NCBI GenBank assembly: GCA_043821445.1
Contig: JBDRCT010000031.1
Span: 35,620 to 99,619, forward strand
Direction of reading: 5' to 3'
Source of the DNA: Candidatus Omnitrophota bacterium
GTDB lineage: Bacteria > Omnitrophota > Omnitrophia > Omnitrophales > Aquincolibacteriaceae
DNA length: 64,000 nucleotides
Both the position numbers and the translations under genes were made by a program. Of the stretch, positions 54,290-62,900 are shown one piece after another. Under the pieces are notes generated by a model. That model saw only the letters and a program-made list of their open reading frames with translations. It did not search any database and was not told the origin of the DNA. Numbering within the stretch: position 1 is the stretch's first letter; each line of letters starts with the position of its first letter.

Positions 54290-55447
54290 TTAAGAAGAAG
54301 TTTGTTGGTAAAGGGAAAGGGCGGGAGCGGGAAGCTTGAGATCGGGGAAGCGCCTTGCAATGCTTTCGTGGAACAGATAATCCAGGTGATCATTGCTTTC
54401 GGGGGCATCTCCCATTACCTCACGCCAGACGGTCCTGTTCTCCATACAGAAATAAACGAAGACATCCTCCCAGCGCCTCCGGATCTCGCTATAAATATGC
54501 CGGTAGAGCCCGACACGTTCCGGCCGGAAATAGCGCATCTTTCCGTCCAGGCCCTTGACGAATTCCGCCGTCGTGATCTTTGTTCTTGGAAAGCGTTCCT
54601 CGATGACCTTTTTAAGTGAGGCCGGATAGCGCAAGCTGCCAAGGCTGATCCACATCACTTCTTTTTCTGGGATGGCTGAGGTCAGTTTTTCGAGAAGTTC
54701 CGCGTACCGTTCCTTCCATCCCGGCAGCATGAGCAGGGGATCGAAATGAAAGCCCAGGCGGTAACCTTTTTTGAGGGCCTTGCGGGCCGCTTTCAAACGC
54801 ACCTCCAAAGACACGGTTTTGTGCTCCTCCGTCCGGATGAAGGGGTCAGGATTCAGCGACCAGGAGACGAGGACGTTTTTTTTTGGAATATCCGGCAAAT
54901 GATCGACCTGAGCGGTCTTGGTCTTGATCTCCAGGATCATTTTCGTACCGAGGACGTGACGGATCAAGCCCTCATTCAGGCGGATCAGCCGGTCCAGCGC
55001 GAGGCTGTCCGTCAGTTCTCCCGTGCCCATCCGGAAAAGGCGCCGTGGCTGGCTTGCGATCAGGGCGTCAATCTCGCGGGGAATATTCCCGGTATTGACA
55101 TAGACCGTGATCAGCGGGACATTCAAATAATTCTGCAGGATGCAATAAGTGCAGTCGAGAGGGCAGTGGGTTTGCGCGTTGAGGATCCGGTAGCCGCAAC
55201 AAAGGTAATCCGTCCCCGTGGCGGGGCAAGGTTTGAGGAAGGGCCCCTTGAAGTTCGTGAGCCAAAGTTTTTTCTTGCCGGCGGTAAGCGGTGTTTTTTC
55301 AATCGTTCTGAGAAAGGCGTTCTTGTCCGAGACGGTCGTGACCGGGATGCCGCCGAGGGTCCGAAGGATGTGCCCGGCAAGAGGCGAGCGAGCGACATTT
55401 TTATCCAGATAGATATGATCGATCCCGGGAATGGGTTTTGAGTTCAT
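54290..55447 (-). CDS. Spore-photoproduct-lyase-family radical SAM DNA repair protein
   Basis: CPLDCTYC (Cx3Cx2C) radical SAM motif. Overall length and layout fit SPL (SplB-like) family proteins. Confidence 0.7.
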   Translation of the reverse strand: MNSKPIPGIDHIYLDKNVARSPLAGHILRTLGGIPVTTVSDKNAFLRTIEKTPLTAGKKKLWLTNFKGPFLKPCPATGTDYLCCGYRILNAQTHCPLDCTYCILQNYLNVPLITVYVNTGNIPREIDALIASQPRRLFRMGTGELTDSLALDRLIRLNEGLIRHVLGTKMILEIKTKTAQVDHLPDIPKKNVLVSWSLNPDPFIRTEEHKTVSLEVRLKAARKALKKGYRLGFHFDPLLMLPGWKERYAELLEKLTSAIPEKEVMWISLGSLRYPASLKKVIEERFPRTKITTAEFVKGLDGKMRYFRPERVGLYRHIYSEIRRRWEDVFVYFCMENRTVWREVMGDAPESNDHLDYLFHESIARRFPDLKLPAPALSLYQQTSS

Positions 55448-55728
55448 GGCGCATTCTACCCCGCATTTCTCATTCCGATAAAGAGAAATGCGCGCGAAGC
55501 GATGGAGTGCAAATCAGTTTTATCATTTGCGCTCCGGGGGTTGTCTTTTGAGGGCTGCAGGAGGCAGTGCCTCAAAACTTTGTCCGTAATCTGTTTCGGC
55601 AAAGCGGTTTTCTCATGGATCATGATAAATCCATGAGAAAGCCGGGCTAGCGGTATTTCGCCCCTTGCCCTCTATTTTTTAAAGGGTTGACATACTGATC
55701 TTGTTCGAAATCAATGGTGATCAGTATA

Positions 55729-55813
55729 GTCCCAACCACCTTTGAGTTTTTACAAGGTTGGGACAAGGGCGGCCCCAATTTCAACGAGTTGAAATTGATA
55801 GGTATTGGGACCG
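55729..55813 (+). promoter_or_regulatory. Conserved structured 5' leader motif, copy d
   Basis: P1 hairpin GTCCCAACC-N18-GGTTGGGAC. Then GGCCCCAATTTCAAC-GA-GTTGAAATTG (perfect 10-bp stem) and ATAGGTATTGGGACC. Followed by a 23-codon uORF (55821..55892) and then the rlmH ORF. Confidence 0.6.
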
Positions 55814-55906
55814 AACGCGATGAGAAGAAAAATTATTGAAGAAACGGCTAAAAAGTTGATACTAGCACTGCGTTACCATTCATTTAAATGAGGAGCGTCC
55901 CATTTT

Positions 55907-56410
55907 ATGTATATCCGATTTTCTTTAGCCTGGCTCAAGCCCCTGCCTCGCCGGCAGGCAGGCGCGCAGGCTCCGGGCAGAGCTTTCAAATCTTCCGCGG
56001 CCTTTTCTTTGGTCCGTGAATATATGGAAAGGATCGGGCATTTTCTGCCCTGCGAGGCCGGTGCTTATTCTTCTCCGCCAAAGGACGGATCCGCCCAACG
56101 TTTTATGGCGGACAAGACAAGGCCCTGCATTTGGGTGTGCGAGAGGGCCAAGAAGAGCAAGGCGGCCTCTTCCGAGGATCTTGCGAGAGAACTCCAAAAA
56201 TGCATGAACTCCGGCGTCCAGGTCCTTGAGATCATGATCGGGGGTCCGGACGGATTCACGGGCGAAGCCCTGGATAAGATGAGACCTTCTTTCCGCTGGA
56301 GTTTTGGTCCCATGACCTTGCCTCACGAGCTCGCCGCGGTAGTTGCTACGGAGCAGATCTACCGGGCGCTTACCATCCTCCATCACCAGCCCTATCACTC
56401 CGGGCATTAA
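55907..56410 (+). CDS. rlmH: 23S rRNA (pseudouridine1915-N3)-methyltransferase RlmH (SPOUT)
   Basis: C-terminal half MIGGPDGFTGEAL...SFGPMTLPHELAAVVATEQIYRALTILHHQPYH matches the RlmH signature (...LTLPHxLxRVxLAEQLYRA..I..NHPYH). The N-terminus is atypical and the start is uncertain. Confidence 0.6.
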   Translation: MYIRFSLAWLKPLPRRQAGAQAPGRAFKSSAAFSLVREYMERIGHFLPCEAGAYSSPPKDGSAQRFMADKTRPCIWVCERAKKSKAASSEDLARELQKCMNSGVQVLEIMIGGPDGFTGEALDKMRPSFRWSFGPMTLPHELAAVVATEQIYRALTILHHQPYHSGH

Positions 56411-56539
56411 CAAGAGATATCGCCTCATTTTTTCTTTGCTGGTCTAAGTCTCTCCCTGGATTTTCTCCGTTCCCTGGTCCCCATGAAAAAATCTCAAAAG
56501 AACATCCGCAGTGGCTATAAGAAAATAATATTTTTTTCA

Positions 56540-56790
56540 TAAAAAATAATAAATATAAAAAATTTAAGTTCATTTAGATATCATGTGGATTTAATTGATC
56601 AATTTATATCAAAATTAGTTATTTTAGAATTTTATTGTTATAAAAAATATATAATAAACTATATTATGATATAAATGATAGTTTTTGCTAGTCGTTATTT
56701 TTTGCAAAGCTATTGAAATACATTAATTAAGGTGTTACCAACTTGAATAGATATAAAGGCAAATAGCTATATCAGGAGCATAAAACATTG
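56540..56790. other. AT-rich (~25% GC) intergenic island upstream of the second giant gene
   Basis: Run of A/T-rich sequence (ttaattgatcaatttatatcaaaattagttattttagaattttattgttataaaaaatatataataaactatattatgatataaatga...) in a ~50% GC context. Confidence 0.7.
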
Positions 56791-56988
56791 TGAAAGGGTG
56801 GCACGTATGAGGAAAGTGACGGCGAACGAGATATTGAATCAACGAACTTATGGCCCTGAAATCTTGTATATACCAGTGACGTCATTTTATACGGAGATCG
56901 CTCGCGAAGTGGCTTTTGCCAGTTGGAGCCAAAACAATGATTCGATCTATTTCCACCGGCAATTATTCCCAAAAGGAGGAAACAAAAT

Positions 56989-59900
56989 ATGAAGACCTTT
57001 GCGACGCGGAAATTCATCTGTGTTTTCACAGCGGTCAGTTTGGCCTTCTTACAGGTCGTTCCCGTGAGTTTTGCGAGACCGGCCGTTCTTGTCGATGAGA
57101 CTGGCAATTTTGTTCCCGAGCAACCTGTGGACCAGGCATCTGAAGCCACGCCGGATCAAATCCCATCGGATCCCCTAAGTGAATTTCTATCCGGAGACAA
57201 TCCGCTCTCCGAGTCGACCGATGAGTCGGCGTTAGCTGCTGAACAAGCTGCCGCGGATCAAGCTGCCGCGGACCAAGCTGCCGCGGATCAAGCTGCTGCG
57301 GACCAAGCTGCTGCGGACCAAGCCGCCGCGGACCAAGCTGCCGCAGATCAGGCTGCCGCGGACCAAGCTGCTGCGGACCAAGCTGCTGCGGACCAAGCCG
57401 TCGCGGACCAAGCTGCTGCTGAGCAAGCCGCCGCGGAAGAAGCCGCAAGGATTACGGCAGCACAGGAAGCGGCTCGTATTGTTGCGGAGGCGGAGGCTGC
57501 CCGGATCGCAACGCAACAGGCGGCGGAAGAGGCTGCCCGGATCGCAGCGCAACAGGCGGCGGAAGAAGCTGCAAGATTAGCCGCGGTAGAAGCCGCAAGG
57601 ATTGCCGCAGCTGAGGAGGCTGAAAGATTGGCTGCTGAAGCGGAAGCTGCCCGGCTTGCCTCGCTTGTTCCTTCGAATGAGGATCTCGATATTTATTCCA
57701 CAATTCCTTGGCAAAATCTTACTTCGGAGCAACAGCAGCATTTTATCGATTTGTACGCCAACGGTAATAACGTAAACACTATTCCGACGAATTTTGATAG
57801 CAGCAGCTCTTTTGCGTATGCCCTTGGCCTGGGGAATCAGGCAGGGACGGTGGTAGGTGCTAATAATCAAACCTACGTTAATGACGGTTCCGGATGGATG
57901 ACGGCGGAAGAGGCTGCCCGGATCGCCGCGCAGCAGGCAGCGGAAGAGGCTGCCCGGATCGCAGCGCAACAGGCGGCGGAAGAGGCTGCGAGGTTAGCCG
58001 CATTGCCGCCAGCTTCCGTAGTTGTTAAAAGCGCCGTGACACCGGATATTAATGATGCGTCCAAAGGAACGGTCGTGATTACCAATGCTGATGGGACGAC
58101 GACTGAGATTACAGTTGCGGTGTTACCGGATGGAAGGATTTTCGGGACCGACGGGCAGGAAGTGAGCGGGCTTAATGACGCAACGGCACAGGCGATTCGT
58201 AACGCCATTGCCACGGGAGCTCAGGATGCGGCAAGATTGGCCGCGCAACAGGCCGCCCAAGAGGCTGCCCGGATGGAGGAGATCCTCACATCTGCCGGAA
58301 GCCTGTCGTATGGGTCTTTGTCTGAAAGTGAACGGAATGCGCTGACCGCTTATCTGACGGCGCATCCCTTCGCGCTGCTGGATCAGAATGTTTCGGCTTT
58401 TGCCCCGGGCTCAGTATTTGCTTGGGCGCTGGGAAGCGGTACGAATACAGACGTGAACGATGCAGCCCGTTCTTTGGGGTTTGTCCGCTATGACCCAGCG
58501 ACGGGAACGTTCGTAAAAATTTCGGAAGCAAGTCAAGGAGCCGCGCCAACCGTGACCGTTCAAGGGACTGTAAGGCCGGATATTAATGATGCATCAACAG
58601 CGGCTATCACGATCACGAACGCTGACGGGACTACGTCGCAAATGACTGTGTCGGTCCTTCCGGACGGCAAGGTCTTTGGAACGGACGGACACGAAGTCAC
58701 GGGACTTTCGGAAGCCACCCTGCAGGCCATCCGGGATGCGATTGCTGTGGCCAAGGCAACTCCGCCGGCTACGCCGCCCGCAACACCATTGGTTCCGACA
58801 CCAACTCTAACGACACTTTATGCCACCACTTCCTGGCAAGACCTTACGCCTCAACAGCAACAGGATTTTATTAATTTATACGGCAACGGCAATCATGCCG
58901 ATACGATTCCCTCCACGTTTGGTAGCGGCAGCGCTTATGCCTATGCCTTAGGATTAGGCAGTATTTTGGGCACTCGGGTCGGGCTTGATTCCAGGATTTA
59001 TACCAACGATGGAACCACTTGGAGGTTACAAACTGCGGGGGTAGGGGCAACCTTCAGGGGAAGCACAGATTTCAATCTGACCACAGGTGCACAGGATGTG
59101 CTTAATTCTTTGAGCAACGGTGGCAGCAGTGTTCCCATCCAGCTCTGGGCAGCACCCAATTATACAGCGCACTATCCGACAGATACCTTCGACTCCAGTA
59201 ACATCAATAGTTTGCTTGATTTGGTTCAATCAACGCCGTTCCAGACATTCTTGGGCCAAATGAACCAGGAAGGCGGACAAACTGTGGTGCTTACGGCGAA
59301 TACATTTTCAAACTGGAATTTTCTTGGCGGTGCAGGAACTTTTGACGCGCAGGCGGAACACGACGAGATGGCGGCGTTGGCGCGCTATTTGACCGAAACG
59401 TACCCTAATACTGTGTTCGTGATCCAGAACTGGGAAGGGGATAATGACATACAACGCACAGGCTTTGGCCTTTCCGAAGGTTCTCCGTTTGTCGGGAACG
59501 GCCTTTTTGTTCCCACCGACGAGCAATTGCAGAGTTATCAAGATTATCTTGCTGCCAGGATCAGCGGGATCAACGATGGCCGTGGAAATCTGAGAAATGT
59601 TCTGTCCGCGGCCACGATCAGCTCCACGTACGGGGTTCCCGATGCCAACGACCCCAATAGCACAGGACAGAATTGTGTGGCAGCGGCGATCAGAAATTTA
59701 ATAGCCCAAGGCACGGTGCCGGACATTGTGGGCTATTCCGCATATTATACGGTCAATGATCCCGTTGCGGCTGGGAGGCAGGCTTGGGATCCGAATGTGC
59801 CCCTTGATTTAAATACTCGCATCAGCAATGACTTAAGGAATCTGTGCGCTTTTTTAGGTATCACCCCTCAGCAGTTAATGATTTCCGAATTTGGTTTTTC

Positions 59901-62900
59901 AAACAATGCGCCTGATGCATTCGCGAACACCCAGGAAGCCATTGATGCGTTTACGCAATTGGGTGTGTTTAATCTGCAGGCGTGGTCGCTTACTGACGAC
60001 GGGACCGGAGACGGCCTCTATGTTTTACAAAGAAATCCCGATGGCACCATTACCCATAGTCCGATGGGGCAGGCCATATTTGACCATAATACGCTGGTAG
60101 TTCTTCCGGACGGCAGGATCTTGGGGCCGAATGGACAGGAAGTCACCGGGCTTGACGATGCTACGGAACAGGCTATTCAGGCCGCGATTGCTGCAGCGCA
60201 AGCGGCAGCAGAGGCAGCGAGGATTGCCGCGTCTCCGTCCGTGGTTGTCGAGGGGGCTGTTACTCCCGATATTAATGACGCATCGAAAGCGACCGTTACG
60301 ATCACGAATGCTGACGGAACAACATCACAAATGACGGTATCCGTTCTTCCGGACGGCAGGATCTTCGGGACCGACGGGCACGAAGTGTCGGGACTTTCCG
60401 ATACCGCGATGCAGGCCATTCGGGACGCGATCACCAAGGCCAAGGAGGGTCAGCTTCCCGGGGATACATCGGCTTCATTGCCGCCTGCTCCTACCGCTCA
60501 AACTCTCTCCGGGCAAACTTCCACTGCCACGACACCCGCACCGCAAAATCACACGATCAATAATTGGATCGAGCCTCTGAATTATTCCGTGATTTTTAAT
60601 GCGGACGGCAGTGTTTCCGTGATCCTTGACGGCAAAGAGATCGCGAAAGGGAGAACTATCGCAGATCTTCAGGCGGCCGCCAATACCTATCCAGCGATTT
60701 ATGCGACGCCCGGAAGGCTCGTGATCAATGATGTCATGCGTAACTTCACAGACTTTTTCAGTACTACGGCTACGGGGGCGGTAACAACGAACAATCGGCC
60801 TACGGTCGCCGCTGATTCCGCAAGAGAAGTGTGGAGGGATGAATATGGTACTTCCGTTGCATGGTTCAGCGAGGTCGGGGGGCGGGTTTTCCTCTTGCCT
60901 GACGGCCGGCTTATTTTTGAAAAAGCGGATGGATCATACTCCGTCCTGACCGTGGGGACTACTGCGGGCACCGTCAGCCAGACCACTTACAATACTGTTA
61001 GGGCCCAACTGTCCAATACGACGAGCGCCGGGTCCGTAACGATCAGCCTCAGCCCCGCCGGCCATAATCTTGCGGGTGAGATCGGAACAAGTACGTCGAC
61101 CAAGCCCTATAATGGTGGAACAGCGGGGAAATGGATGTCTTGGGACCTTTGGAGTGAGGAAACATGGGACCTTTTAAGCCCTTACAATCTGACCACCATG
61201 AGGAATGCCGACGGATCAAGTACGGCTTATACCTTTACGGTGACCATGAAAGACGGTACGCAGGTCGTAAGGACTTTTTTGAGCCTTGCGGAAATGACGA
61301 ATTTCCTGTATTCCTCCCGTGCAACAATGGATGCCTGGGAAGCCCTTTCGAACCAGGAAAAGGCATTGTGGTTTGCCATCATTGACGCAAAGGACAGAAG
61401 TCCGCAACTGCGTAATGTACTTCTTCCCGGTTTACCGACCGCCACGACCAATTCCGAGATGGTTTATAAGGATCCCGAGACCGGCCAGGTCACCACCTGG
61501 GGCTACAACACGGCCTATTGGTCGACGCCGGAACAGGTCCAAATGCTTCAGGTCTTATTTCCCAATTCTAAGCTCTATGAAGTTCTGCGTTACTTTCCAT
61601 GCGCGACCATGGTCTATGACCCAACTGACAACCGCCGTGAATTTGAACTGATCCTTGCGGACGGCACGCATGTCAATGTCGGGATGTTGTTGCGCTCCAT
61701 GCACTGGAACGAACAGACCCAGACCTATGATATTTGGTCGCTTGATGAAGCCACTGCCAGGCATTTGCAGTCGACGGCGGATTTCAACGTCAGAATCCTC
61801 AATGTGATCACGCCGCCCCCTCCGCCGCCGGCACCTGCCCGAAATTTTAATGTGAAGACCATTTTGGATCCGGTCACTAGGACTGAGATATCCTTCTCGC
61901 TAGCCGATCGGGCGGGATCAAAAACAGCGGGAGTTGCAACGCTCCGGGTGAACGGTCAAGAGCGTCAGGGTTTCTTGATGTATGAGAACCGGACAATTAC
62001 GTGGTATTCACCAACGGATATGGACACCACATGGACCGTCCAGCTCGAGGATACACAGAAGGGCACCTATTATCTCCAGTCCTTCACGATCGAGTCGAAG
62101 TCCGGCACGAAAGAAGTCTATCATTTCGATATGAACGGCAGGGTCATCATGATGTATTCGGTGACGGCTCCCGATGCGATGGGCAAGGTCAGCTATAAAA
62201 CGACCTATTATGACCAGGACTGGTCGAAAGAAGTGCTTCCTCCCGCGCCCGGCGATTCCATGATCTATCCTGCTACGCTCAAGTACTACAATACCAGTGG
62301 CCAGTTGTACAAGGATATCGGCCTGGACAAGGACGGGAAGATCGTCGCTATGACCGTATATGGGAAATATGGGAGCACAACGATCGCGGCGATCGCGGTA
62401 GTGACTCCGGTCAAGGTTGTGGTCGAGAACGCTGTTACTCAAAAAGCTTTCGCAGAGAATTACTACGACGCTCAAGGTAAGTATTTAAAGACCGTGTATT
62501 TGCCGCAGGATCCGGCGCCTTCTACTCCCGGAACCACGACGCTAACAACATCAGCTCCGATCAGCGGATTTCCGATGCAGGTCCCGGCCGTGTGGCATTA
62601 TGACGGGACGACTGTGGTCGATGCCGCTATGGGGAAGTCCGTGTTTGTTTCGATCACGGATTACGGGAGACTCACGCTTCGCTGGGACGGTCAGGAATAC
62701 ACGGCGAACTCCTTTGACTATGTCTGGAAAGGAGTCACATTCGAGTCTGAGGACGGGACGGTCATTGGGGCACAATTCAATCTAGACTCGAAGGGTTATC
62801 TTTATTTGTCCAATTTTTACCTTCTTCCGACTGCCGGGGGGAGTTCGAGGAACTATAGTTTTAACGCGCAGGGAAAGATCATCGGGATGAGCTTTCAGAT

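Noticed and set aside
56790-56830. Sigma-54 promoter at GGGTGGCACGTATGAGG
   Set aside because: TGGCAC is present but there is no TTGC(A/T) element at the correct spacing. Likely coincidental.
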